In this document: piece after piece, positions 44,041-57,165 of the stretch | Numbering within the stretch: the stretch's first letter is position 1 | Layout: each line of letters begins with the position of its first letter | Origin: the human T2T-CHM13v2.0 reference genome, Homo sapiens | Assembly (NCBI RefSeq): GCF_009914755.1 | Contig: NC_060937.1 | Strand: one strand, 5' to 3' | DNA length: 64,000 nucleotides | Translations under genes and position numbers: made by a program | The notes under the pieces: model-generated | Databases searched by the model: none | The model's input: the letters and a program-made list of their open reading frames with translations, nothing else | What the model was told of the DNA's origin: nothing

Positions 44041-44303
44041 CTCATGTATGTGTATATATGTACATATGTAATTTTAAAATGGACTGCTCATTTTCAAATC
44101 AATAAATCATCCATATGTTTGCAGGGATTTCTTATGAGAAAAGAGCTGGTAGGAATTTCTACCTACAATGAAGTTCCTTTGGATGCAAGAATGTGTATGC
44201 ATGTGAATTCTTTTTTTACTCTTGCCAGCCAAACAAAATTGACCATGGCCCACAATTCAGAGTTCCACTTTTTGACCCTGCCTTATCATCTATATGATTT
44301 CGG

Positions 44304-44412
44304 CTAATGTGGCATATCAGATATTCTGATATGTCTGATATTCTGATATATATGATATTCTGATATAATATGATATTCTGCTAACGTGGCATGTCTGCTA
44401 ACATGGCATGTC
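44304..44412. repeat. Composite short tandem repeat (gatattctgata and ctaaygtggcatrtc units)
   Basis: gatattctg x4 between three copies of ctaa(t/c)(g/a)tggcat(a/g)tc. Confidence 0.8.
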
Positions 44413-45859
44413 AAACACTTTAATAGTTTGGACAAACATATCTCCTAGTTTTATCAGTAATAAAATTTTATTTATTTTGCACAATACTTTTATTGTGTTG
44501 GGAGATGTTCAAAATTAAAATTACAGATGTTTAACAAACTTGGTGCTAGAAATCAACAATAAACATAATTAACTGACAAATAGCAAGTGTGCAGAAAAAA
44601 TATAGGTAAAATTTACTGTAGGTTGATTATGATGTCTGAACATACAGTGATGCAGAAGGCATCTCCTCTAGAAAACAAAAAGCAGAACTGGAAGAAGACT
44701 TAAAAACAATCTAATCCATTTATTAATATTTAAATCTCCTCTACATCATTACTATCAAATGACTATTCAATCTTCTTCTAGTGAGGTCTACTCCTGGTAA
44801 AGAGAGCTCTCAGATTTATGAAACTGCCCACTACATCTTTGGACAACTTCACATAATACTGATACAAACCAGCTTTCTTTGATATTAAGCATCTCAATTC
44901 TTCTCCAAAAAGCATATTATAAATATTCAAAATCTTTAATTCACTTTGGAAATGCCACCATTCTCAAAGTGATGCCCTGGTTAAAACTATTTCCTGATAC
45001 CACTTTGGCCAGAGGATATTTACATCTTTATGCATGCCACTTAGCAGAGAGTTGAGGAAGAAGACGGAATATGCATTAAAGGTGTGCTCAATGGATCTGG
45101 AGCACCAGCTCTGGAGTAGCTCATTTTTATATTTGTATTTTAAATAAAACCTCTACATTCCTCAGCCCTTTCAAACATATTTATTTGAAAAAACAAAATA
45201 AATTGCTAATGATTTCCTTTTCTTTCTTCCATAGAATATGACATTAGAGAATAAATATCTACATATTCATATGGGCTTTTTCTTTTGCTTTGACTTAGTA
45301 TACATGGTCTAAGTAAAACTGAGTAACAGATTACAAACATGCTGGTTATATACATATATTTTATTTTGAAATAGAACCTGAAAATCTAAGATATTAAATT
45401 ATACATAATTATGCCTAGAAATGGTTTTCTTTTGGTAAATAAATGGGGTATTGAAGGCTATATTATATTTACTCTTTTTATTCCAACAATTTCAGATTAG
45501 GAGAAAAAAATCAGAGCATTCAGCATCTTCAAAAGTAATCCTTTGTATTAAAAGGTGAATTGATTTTTATATAAACATGGTTACCTGAACAAATGTTGAA
45601 AACTTTGCATTTGGTTTGAAATTGCTAATTTTACTGAATGATAATCTGGGGTTTAATGCACAAAATCTGAACATATAATGATGACATATTATCATCTGAT
45701 GATGGATTGGTCTCATCACGGTTAAAGTGATTCTCTGATGGTGTTATGTAGAATAGCAATGATATGATAACCAAATAGCTTATGTATCTTCAGGGTCCTG
45801 TAAATTTATGTTCTAGTGGAATTATGTTTTGCTATAGAAACAAGAAATAAGTCTATATT

Positions 45860-45976
45860 TGCTAGAAGTCAGACTCTTACTTTAGACAAATCATGCAGTT
45901 TCTCTTGGCCTTGGGTTTCTCATTTGTAAAAAGAGGTGTTTAATATCATGTTCAACTTCAAATTTTAACTATGTGA
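45860..45976 (+). mobile_element. MIR3/MIRc-like fragment
   Basis: tttagacaaatca...tctcttggccttgggtttctcatttgtaaaa. Confidence 0.55.
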
Positions 45977-46374
45977 TATTTTTGCTAACCAAGTAAACAC
46001 AGCATTCAAAATATCAGGAATGTGTCTGATTAGAGAGACACAACCTCAAGGAAAAAGAAGAGAAAAAGGGGTAGATAGGACTGAGAAGGATAGGGTGAAA
46101 TACCAGGTGATGTGCTAGTTATTGCTTCCTGTGCTGGTCACTGCTTCACAATAAGCTAGAAAGACACAGCCATTCACACAGAAAGGGCAATTCTAACTTA
46201 CATCAGCCAACTCTTCAGAAGCTGCTCGGGAAGTCAGACTTCTGTACTATGTGATGTAGCATCTCAACAAACTCAGAACAAATGGGAGTAGCAAGGGGGT
46301 CTGGGAGTGACAGAGTCAGCCACAGTGGTGGCTGAGGCACAGTGAAAAGCTGAGGTTTTTGCAGAAACACAAAG

Positions 46375-47510
46375 CCTCAAAACTATAAAAACCCTTGAAG
46401 ACAACCTAGGCAATACCATTCTGGACACAGGAACAGGCAGAGATTTCATGATGAAAACACCAAACGAAATTGCAACCAAAGGAAAAAAAAATAATAACTG
46501 GGATCTGATTAAACTAAAGAGCTTCTGCACAGCAAAAGGAACTGTCAACAGATTGAACACATAATCTACAGAATGGGAGAAAATTTTTGCAAACTATGCA
46601 TCTGACAATGGTCTAATATCCAGCATCTATAAGGAATGTAAACAAATTTACAAGAAAAAAACAAGCAACCCTATTAAAAAGTGGGCAAAGAACATGAACA
46701 GACACTTTTAAAAAGAAGACATACGTGTAGCTAACAAGAATATGAAAAAAAGCTCAGAATCACTGATCATTAGAGAAATGCAAATCAAAACTATAATAAG
46801 ACACCATCTCACACCAGCCAGCATGGCTGTTATTAAAAAGTCAAAAAAGATAACAGATGCTGGCAAGGTTGCAGAGAAAAAGGAATGCTTATGCACTGTT
46901 GTTAGGAGTGTAAATTAGTTCAACCATTGTGGAAAGCAGTGTAGCAATTCCTCAGAATTACCATTTGACCCAGCAATCCCATTACAGGGTATATACCCAA
47001 AGGAATATAAATCATTCTATTATAAAGGTACATGTATGCATATGTTCATTGCAACACTACTCACAATAGCAAAGATATGGAATCAACCTAAGTACCCATC
47101 AGTGGTAGACCGAATAAAGAAAATGTGGTACATGTACACCGTGGGATACTATGCATCCATAAAAAATGAGTTCATATCCATTGCAGGAACACGGTTGGAG
47201 CTGGAGGCCATTATCCTTAGCAAACTAATGCAGAAACAGAAAACCAAATACCGTATGGCCTCACTTACAAGTGGGAGCTAAATGATGGCAACACATGGAC
47301 ACATAGAGGGAAATATATACTGGGGGCTATCAGAGGGTGGAGGATAGAAATAGGGAGAGGACCAGGAAAAATAACTAGTGGGTACTAGGCTTAAAACCTG
47401 GGTGATGAAATAATCTGTACAACAACTTCTCATGGCACCAGTTTACCTATGTAACAAACCTACATATGTGCCCCTGACCTTAAAATAACTGTTACATTTT
47501 TTAAAAAAGA
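46375..47510 (+). mobile_element. L1PA13-16-like 3' 1.1 kb
   Basis: aactataaaaacccttgaagacaacctaggcaatacc; 3' UTR ggaaaaataactagtgggtactaggcttaa..gggtgatgaaataatctgtacaac. Confidence 0.92.
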
Positions 47511-48534
47511 ACCTTAAAAGACAAGCCAACACCAAAGGCTCTCAATTTATCTTCCTTTATTGATGATTGACTGTTAAGAATATGTTGGCAATGTAAAAGA
47601 TGAATTTCACATTGATTTTGTTTTTTAAACATATGCAAACATTATGATATAATTGTGCTATAAGATCTTATTAACAAAAAATATATTTTGTACAAGTTAA
47701 ATTTGAGACATCTTTTGGATATCAAAGTGATAATGTCAGGGATGAAACTAGACATATGAATTTGAAGCTTAAGACGGAAGGTTGAATTGCAGCTATAAAT
47801 TTAGGTGCCATGAGTATATAGATACTACTTAAAAGCATGGAACTAAATATATTATACCTTTAAGGTACTATATCATTTATCATATATGTTATTTTCATTC
47901 TCTCTCAGACATAAAACCTATGTAGAAAGAATATGAATGTTCCAGGAGATTAGAATAGGGTCTAGTCAGTATGTATCAAAAATATTTCTGAATATTGTTG
48001 AGAAAAGGTTATAACTTTAAAAGAAGGGAAAAGGAACGAGGGAGATTTGAGGAGAGAAAAGTATGAGGTAATGTTCTGTTGAGTATGGAAGTCAATTGAC
48101 TAGGCAAGTGTCAAATTGCTAGACAAGACTAACAGATATGATTTGTGATTACTATTTAGAATGATTCTACTCAATGTGGCAATCTTCTCTCCAACTACAT
48201 TTATATACAGCGTTAGAGAGGCAGAGTGCATTAAAAGTTGGGTTTAACTGAGGTATGAGTTTCTCAGTGATTAAAACGGTGACAATGAGATTCATAAAAT
48301 CTCAGCTGGCTGTAGGAGTTAAAGACAATGAAAATGTAACAGGATAAATAGATTGGAGATCCTGATAGACAATACATTGTTTAAGTGTGAGGTTGGGGGC
48401 ACTTAGTGTAGCTCATGAGGTGGAAATGCAGAACTCAGTGGTCTGAAAATGAGATGGTTGAAACTGAAATTCTGGGTGTGATGCAATTTTTCAAGTGTTG
48501 AACTAAGGTACAGGAAGAGGTATTTGAAAGTAAG

Positions 48535-48846
48535 GGCCGGGTGCGCTGGTTCACGCCTGTAATCCCAGCACTTTGGCAGGCCAAGGCCGGTGGATCATCT
48601 GAGGTCAGGAGTTCGAGACCAGCCTGACCAACATGGTGAAACGCTGTCTCTACTAAAAAAAAAAAAAAATTAGCCGGATGTGGTGGTACATGCCTGTAAT
48701 CTCAACTACTTAGGAGGCTAAAGCAGGAGAATTGCTTGCACCCGAAAGGCAGAGGTTGCAGTGAGCCGAGATCACGCCATTGCACTACAGACTGGGCAAT
48801 AAGAATGAAATTCTGTCCACCCCCCACAAAAAAAAAAGAAAGAAAA
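48535..48846 (+). mobile_element. AluS (Sq/Sp-like)
   Basis: Full Alu; TSD gaaagtaag. Confidence 0.95.
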
Positions 48847-50062
48847 GAAAGTAAGATAAATGAACTAGAATACAACTATTAACTGCTATTAACAAGAATA
48901 CTCAGTGCCTACTGATGTTCGACAAAATTGTAAATCTTATTCAGACAGCTGATCAAACATGTGCATTTTCACATAGGCCAGATTGTCCCCAAAGTACATA
49001 GTAATTACAAAGCAGAATACCCATGACTTCTATGTTTGCAAAGTCCCAAACGAGGTTCTCTTTTAGACTCCAGAAGGGAGAAAATTAAACTCATCATTCT
49101 ATTGTAGATAGAGTTCATACCTAATTAAATTAAAGAACAGATTGAATAGTTTAACATATTTCAACGTTCATATGGCATTGAAAATCCTTTGGTTGGCAGC
49201 TGTGTAAATCAGCAGGAAATCAGGAGAAGGCAGGAATTAGATGAATATTTAGAAATGGAAATAACAGGCAGTGCTATTTCTAAAACACCCTTTATTGCTT
49301 ACGTGGTAATACCAGTAATTAAGGTATGATTTAAATAAGTTTTTAATGCATTATCAAAACATAATAGTAGTGAAAACATCATGATTTAACATCTACCTAC
49401 TTACATTTCTGTAATCGGCTCTTCAGTTTTAAGAAGCCGAACACATAAATGAGAGAAGCATAGATCTTGAGCACTACAGCTCTCCCCTCATTCTTAAATT
49501 CCAAAAATATAAATCATTGTTAAATCACTATGCCCATGTGACATCCAAATACAGTTCATCTTTGAGACACGTAGCATAAAAATGACATTGACTTTGAACA
49601 TCATAATTTATATACAGATGCATATTTATGTAATTACCAAGAAGTTAAAGTGAATGGAATCCTTCATATTTTGCCATTTATCATTTTTTTGTGAAAATTC
49701 TCATACATACTCAGAAGTAAGAATTGTTTGATTAAACCCCCATACATCCATAATGCAAATTTTGCAGTTATCAAGATTTTACCACTTCGTTTTATTCTTT
49801 GCTTATTTTGCTACAGTATGTTAAAGAAAAATTTCAAATATTTTGTAATTTCATTGATAAATATTTCACAATTATATAGCTTGGGATTCTAGTGTTATCA
49901 AATTTATTTAAGTGTTTTTTAAACCTTTGGCATGTTTTATTTATTTATGCTTTGAAATTCATGCCAATCTAATAAGAGTAGAGTAAAAAACAAAATCAAA
50001 AATTGAAAAAGTATGGAAAACAAATTAAATAGATAAAGCAGGTAATATGTCAATTTTTCCAT

Positions 50063-53000
50063 TAAACTTTTTTGAGATAATTGTATATTTACATGCACTT
50101 GTAGGAAATATTATAAAACAACCCCATATGTTCTTTGCTCAATATCGCACAATGGTAACACCCTGTAAAACTATAATACAGTGTCACAACCAGGATATTT
50201 ACATTGATACAGCCAAGATACAAAACATCCATCACCAAAAATCCCTCATGGCACTCTTTTATAGCTGCAGTCACTCTCTCCTACCCCCACCTTCTCCTTA
50301 ATCCATGGTAACCAATAATCTGTTCTTCCTTTCCAGAATATTGTCATTTTAGAAATTATATATAGATGGAATTATACAGTTTGTAATCTTCTAGAATTGC
50401 TTTTATTTCACCCAGCATAATTCTCTGGAGATTTATTCATGTTGTAGCATTGATCAGAAGTCCGTTCCTTCTTATTGCTAAGTGAGACTCCATGGTATGG
50501 GTATAGCGCCGTTTTTTTAACCATTCACACACTGAAGGACATATGGGTTGTTTCCAATTATGCTTTTGGTGTCAAGTCTAAGAACTCTGCCTAAATCTAG
50601 ATCCCAACCCCTATGTTGAATCAGAATTGAAGAAGAAGGAGCATTGTCTAATACATTTTATGTTCCTTCTTCTCTTTACTGAAAGAGATTGTGTAGAATC
50701 AGGTTTATTCTTCTTTAAACATCTAGTAAAGTATTCCAGTGAAAGTATCTGGGCCAGAAGATTTTCTTTTGGGGAGATTTAAAATTATTGATTTAATTTT
50801 CTTAATGATTATAGCACTACTCAAAGTATCTATTTCACATTGGGTGACTTGTGGCACTTTGTATTTTTCAAGAAAGTAATACATTTCATGGAGGTTGTCA
50901 AATGTGTGTGTAGAGTTGTTCACAGCAGTGCATTGTTATTCTTTAGGTGTCTGCAAGATCTTTACTTACAGCCCATGTTTCATCCATGATATTGGTTATT
51001 CATGTCTTCTCTCTCTTTTGTCTTTGTCAGCCTTGACAGAGGCTTGTCAATTTTATTGACCTTTACAATTGATCAGCTCATTCCTTCATTAACTTTCTCT
51101 ATTGTAGTACTGCTTGGGATTTCACTGATTTCTGCTCTTATATTAAGTATAAATTATTATGGATTGATTTATCCAGTCTATAAGTATAGACATTATTAAT
51201 TGTTTGGTGCATATATAGTCAGAAATGCTATATCTTCTTGGTGGCCTTACCCTTTTACCATTACATAATAACCCTCTCTGTCTCTAGTAATTTTCTTTTT
51301 TCTGAAGTCCAATTTACCTGATTTACATGATATATCTTTTTCTATTTTTTTACTTCCAACCTGCAAATATTATTATAGTTGAAGTGAGTTTATAGGCAGC
51401 ATATACATAGCATATACATATCTCATGTTTTTAAATTCCCTCTGCAAGTGCCTTTTATTGGTATCTTTACACCATTTAATATAACATAATTATTCATACT
51501 TTAGGGCACAAGCCTGCCATTTTATTTTTTTGTTGTTGTTTTGTATTTGTTTTTTTCTTTACTTGTTTCTGTTTTCTTTTTCTTGCCTTCCTTACTTGGA
51601 CATTTCTAGAATTTAATTTTAATTATAGTGCTTTTGAATGCATTTACTTGTCATTGTTTTAAGTATTACACATATATAACTTAGGGTCTACCGCTGTATT
51701 TTTACCAGTTTGAGAGATGTATAGAAACTTTGCTACATTGATATCCCTTTGTCTTCCCTCATTTATAATTGTTTTTAATATTTTCTCTATATATATTTAG
51801 ACCTACATTAGACAGTTTATAATGTTTGCTTCAGTTATCAATTTAGAACTCGAGAACAGATGGAAAACCTTTTATATTTACTCATATTTTTGCTTACCAC
51901 ATTCTTTCATCTTTCCTGATGTTCCACAGTTTCTTCATTTATCATTTTCTCTTTGTTTAGAGAACTTCCTTAGTAGTCCTTTTAAGGAAGTTCTGCTGGC
52001 AACAAATTCTCTTAGCTTTCCTTTATTTCATAATATTTTTATTTCCCTTTAATTTCTGAAGGATATTTCTTTTGCTAGGTGAAGACTTCTAGGTTGACAG
52101 TTCTTTTCTTACAACACCTTGAAAAAATACAGTGCCACTTCTCCAAGGTTTCTGGTGAGAAATTTGCTGTCTTTTGATTGTTCTTCTCTATGAGTGAGAT
52201 GTCATTTTTTTTTCTGGCTGCTTTCAAGATTTTTGTTTGTATTTAATTTTATGAAGTTTAATTATGATGCATCTTGGCATGGATTTCTTTCAGTTTATCC
52301 TGTTTGGTTTTGCTTCCCTTCTTTCTTTATTTAGAGACAGACTCTCTGTCACCCAGGCTGGAGAACAGTGGTGCAATTATAGCTCATTGCAGTCTTGAAC
52401 TCCTGGGCTCAAGCAATCCTCCTGCCTCAGCCTCCTGAGTAGCTAGGACTACAGGCACATGCCATCATGTCCAGCTTGCTCAGCTTCTTGAATCTTTAGG
52501 TTTATGTCTCTTGCTAATTTTGAGAGCTTTTCAGCTATTATTTTTTTCAAGATCTTTTTCAGCCCTGCCGTCATTCTCCTTTTCTACTGGAACTCTGATA
52601 ACATGAATTTTAGCTCTTTTGTTACATTCCCACTAGTTCCTAAGGTTCTGCTCAATTTTTAGTTGATTTGTTCTCATCATTCAGATTGAGTTATTTTTGT
52701 TCTTGTGCATTCCAATTCATTGATTCCTCTGTCCTCTCAATCTGTGTTGAGCTGATCCACTGAAGATTTTTTCTCATTTATTGTATTTTTCAGATATAAA
52801 AATCTCCAGTAGATTATTTATATCTTCTCTTTGCTGAGACTTTCTGTTTCTTTGCTGGGGCTTTCTATTTTTTTATTTGCTTTAGACATATCGTAATTTG
52901 CTCATAGAAGCATCTTCACCATGATTTCTTTACATTCTTTTTCAGATAATATGAACATTCCTGTCAGCTTGGTATTACTTAGTTTTTTTCATTCAGTTTG

Positions 53001-53960
53001 AGAACTTCCTGATTGTTGGTATGAGTGATTTTTGATTGAGATTTAGGCTTATTTTTATGTTGACATAATACTGTAGATCCTGTTTAAATCTTCTGATACA
53101 ACTAACTTTATGAGACCATAAAATAGGTATCCACAGGGAGAAAGAGGTAGTTCAGTTCTCCCACTTAGCCTCCACTGACACCGAAATAAGGAAGACTTCT
53201 CATTACTTTAGAGCGGGAGTGGCATTTCCAGTTTCCCACATGATCACCACTGACATAGCAGCGGACGTGGCGTGGTTACCATTAGGTGATAGTTCTCCTT
53301 CTCCAGCACGTTTCTTCAGACACCAGCTTATCAGAGATGCAGAGCAGGTGTCTGTTTATAGTCAAGTGGAAGTAGAAATGCAGGCTTTCCATGTGGTCTC
53401 TGCTGACTCCACCAGAGGTAAGACCTCATCACTAGCCAGTGAGGATGAAAGTTCTGCCTTTCTATTTGGCCTTCCCTGACACCACCTAGCAGATGGCGCC
53501 CTTCTTTGCAGCCTGGTGAGGAGGCAAACTTAGGCCTCCAACAGCCTTTGCTTGTATGGATTGGGTTGGGCCACAGTTTTGTGCGTATACTGCCTGGAGT
53601 AGAGAAGTTACTGTCTAAAAGTTTTCTGTCCTGCTTGTTTGTCCCTTTTCTGGCCCATGGTTTCCAGAAGTCAAGCCATTATTAGAAGGTTTTTGTTGTT
53701 GTTGTTTTGTCTGCATCCTTTGGCATTTCCAGGTTGCCAATGTATTCAGCTCCAAATCTGGGGTACCTGAGGTTAAAAGAAAACCCAGAGAACTCACCAT
53801 TGTGTCTCCTCATATTGCAAGATATTTGGCTGGTTCACCATCTTCTCTCTACCTTTCAGAGTTTTCTTATGCTTTTTAAAAATGTGTAATCTATAAAGTT
53901 TTAATTTGGACTTAGTGGAAGAAAAAGGAAAATATATATCTATCCCTTTTTTCTGGAAGG
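50063..53960 (-). mobile_element. L1MC/MD-like element: 3' end, ORF2 fragments and 5' region with deletions
   Basis: aatggtaacaccctgtaaaactataatacagtgtcacaaccaggata; ORF 50723-50923 (..KRKSSGPDTFTG) is ORF2p-like; ctggcaacaaattctcttagc. Confidence 0.8.
52319..52475 (-). mobile_element. AluJ right arm / FRAM
   Basis: gtcacccaggctggag...gaactcctgggctcaagcaatcctcctgcctcagcc. Confidence 0.88.
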
Positions 53961-56900
53961 TACAATGTTATTTGTAAAATGAAAATAATTGATCATCATA
54001 TCTATTCTTTTGGACATGTAACAACCCACCATTGTCACATTTCTACAAGTAAATCACAAAATACAGTAAATCAACATGTATTTTACATAGATTCTTTTGA
54101 TGAAATATTAAAAAACTAGTGCCAGTGTCATGTATTCTTAAAGGAGCCATGCCAGTAATCTTGCTAATATAATTCACTTTTTAAAAATTTAATCAGAGTG
54201 ACCAGAAAATTTGGCCAAGTCTAAGAGTATAAATCATGTTATTCATAGATTTACCCATATTTTTCAATCTTCTACAATAAGTAAGCAGGTTATTTATTTA
54301 TTACCTAGGTTACATGTTTGCCTTGTGGCTCTGACAAAGTGATCTACCTTCGGACTAACTGATTATTAGCAATCTCCAGGAGAAACACTAGCAACAAATA
54401 TGATTGCCCGTGTCATTGGCTTTCTTCAGTTATAAAGATAGACAAAAGTAGTAAAATGATAACTTTATAGTTAGCTATTTATATCAAAGGCAAAGTCAAG
54501 ATCATAAACCCTCAGAAAGAATTGATACAGAGATATTTTCTTTTAATAGACTAATAAAATATACCCACCATTAATTTTTTACCTAGAGTTTCAGTCTTTA
54601 TTGATTTGGAAAATTGAATGATTCTCTTGTTTCAAGTTTATATTCCATTTTAAACTAAACAATCTCCAAAATATGATAGCAGAAGAACTACACCTTTTAA
54701 TTCTATCTGCTCTGCTTCATTTTTAGACCATCTTCTAAGAAATATTAAAAGCAAAGCAGTAAAATAGTTACCATGTAATGACATGATCTTTTCTCTTTCC
54801 TGATTTCTGATTCTTGAAAAATGGAGTAATTGTTCATTTGCTTTTCAGTAGACAGTATTTTGAGAAGGTGTCTCTTCAAACCCTTTTCACCATATTCAAT
54901 TTTCTGCATCTCCTGGTTTGGTTTCTAAACTAATTTTATCAGAGTAGATCAAATAGTTTTATTACAGTAGCCAATTAAAGTTGGTTTCATACTTCTTACA
55001 GTTATTGGTGGGGTGAAAAGTATTTCTAAATACGTTTTTCCCCTCATCTCAGTAACCAGCAGGTCATAATAACAGTAAGTGTGTTCCATTAGTTAAACAT
55101 ATATCAATTATGAGACACAGTTACAAAATGTCAGGGAATTTAATCAGATTGAAAATTTTTTTAAAAAAAGATTTTAAATTATAACTATGTCATTAAAGAA
55201 AAGTGTTGAAAAAGATAGTCAGTCGTTGATTCTTATGAAATACCAGAAGACAATATTATAAAATCTATTATTATATCTAAAAAGAGGGAAAAATCATCTT
55301 TCCAGCTTGAGTTTACATGAAAATCTGTCAAGAAAGAAGTCAGTAAGTTAGACAATATCTGTTGGATTTTTTGAGGCGTCTTTCACTTTAGTTAATTAAA
55401 GAACCAGCAAAGAGATATATTTCTAATTTTGTAGCCCAAAGTTTGGTTGCTATAGCCAACACAAGCATGCAAGAGAAGCAATCTCTCTAGCATTGCTTGT
55501 TTCTCAGAGAGTTTATAACATTTCTAATCTAATTTGGATCATTTATATAATTCCTTAAGATACCAGTTTATTTGCACTTTATCCAGTTAGATTTACTTTT
55601 TCCCCTTCAGTCTTTAAGGTTTTAGTGAATGTTGACTCTAAAGTCAATAAATACTAGCAGTACTTTGCTCCAAACAAGGTACTATGGCTTGCAGCAAGTG
55701 TGGAATGCCTGAACTCTGCTCTTCTTTAGTCTCCCATCCCCAAGTCAGAAATAAATAAGTAAACAGGAGAAAATTTTCTAAAGTGGGATTCTTTGATTAC
55801 AAAAAAAAAAAAATCGTGACACTGGAACCACAACGAAGGGATCTGTGACTGGGCTGATGGTACCCTCACTTTGGACGAGGCTGACTGCGTGGACTTTGTA
55901 AGAGCTGAAGCTCTGCCACCACTGATGCCTCCTCAGCCTGTCACACGGGGTCCATGGGATCATTTCTCAACACTACCTTGATGCTTCTGTTTATTTTCTC
56001 ATCTAGCTTATCTTTTCCATCATCAATTACATTTCACATGGATGAATCAGAAGCTTATAATTTTCTTCTGCATGGTTCCTAAAGGCACCTTAGGATTTCT
56101 TTATTTCTACATCTGTACTTTTCATAGAATGTTAATGGACTTCAACATGCAGAAATAACTGGATCAACACTGAACACTGTCTTCAGCTACTGACACGGTG
56201 CTGCTCACTAGGTGCTCAGCCTCTGCCTTCATGCTGTTTGCATCAGCAAATGCTTTCCTTTTTAGTTACTCAGTAGACACTCTTTGTGTTATTTAGTTTG
56301 AAGTTTTAAAAGTTTAAAGATTTTGCCTATTAATCCTTTCAAAGAAACATTAGATCATAACATTTTACCTGGTTAATTGAGAGAATTGTGATAGCTGTAT
56401 AGTCACAATGAGGGAATTGTTCTTAATCACAGTCGTTCTTATCATTGTTAATGTGTGCTTTATGTATGCTTTCTCACAATTTCTATGACCTGTAACAACT
56501 TTTAATACTATTAATGAAGGAAGAATCACACAAAAATGGATTTAATGGGAAGTAATTATTGAAATTCAAAGATCTCCTTTATTTTAAGGTCCTTTATGAA
56601 GAATCTGTAAATACTCCTGCATTACATCTAATTCGTAGTAGAAATAGACCCAAATTCTTAAAGAAAAACAAAAAACAAGGAAATTTTGCATTATTCCTGA
56701 AATCTGGGAAAATTGTCCTACAGCTACTTCCAATTTCAACCAATATTTGGTATCCTTTCCTTTTTAGTCTCCTATCCCCGCATTAATCTCCACATCTTGA
56801 CAAGGAGAAAAATATATAGGTATCACAAACTTTTCTATACATAGTAAACTCTCACCTGAAAATGTATATATTAAAAACTAGAAAAATATTTTGAAATATT

Positions 56901-57165
56901 TTAAGACAATGAAAATATGAAACTTATTCTCCAGATAAGATACAATACATATATTTATCTCCTTCCCCAGGAATGTCTAAAGTATGAAACCAACTAAGTG
57001 ACAAAAGATGTGAAGTATTATTGTCTTAGTTTTAGAGTTAGTCTGCTACTCTTACATTGAATGAGTCATATCCCTCGAAGGACTAATTGAAATGCTTTCT
57101 ACTTTAAAATTTTCCATCCTAGATAATGTAGTCTCTATGTATATTGCAACAAGTAACGTACTCAG

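Noticed and set aside
55461-55500. Short hairpin acaagcatgcaagaga/tctctagcattgcttgt as a pre-miRNA
   Set aside because: Stem of ~15 bp with a mismatch and a bulge; too short and plausible by chance.
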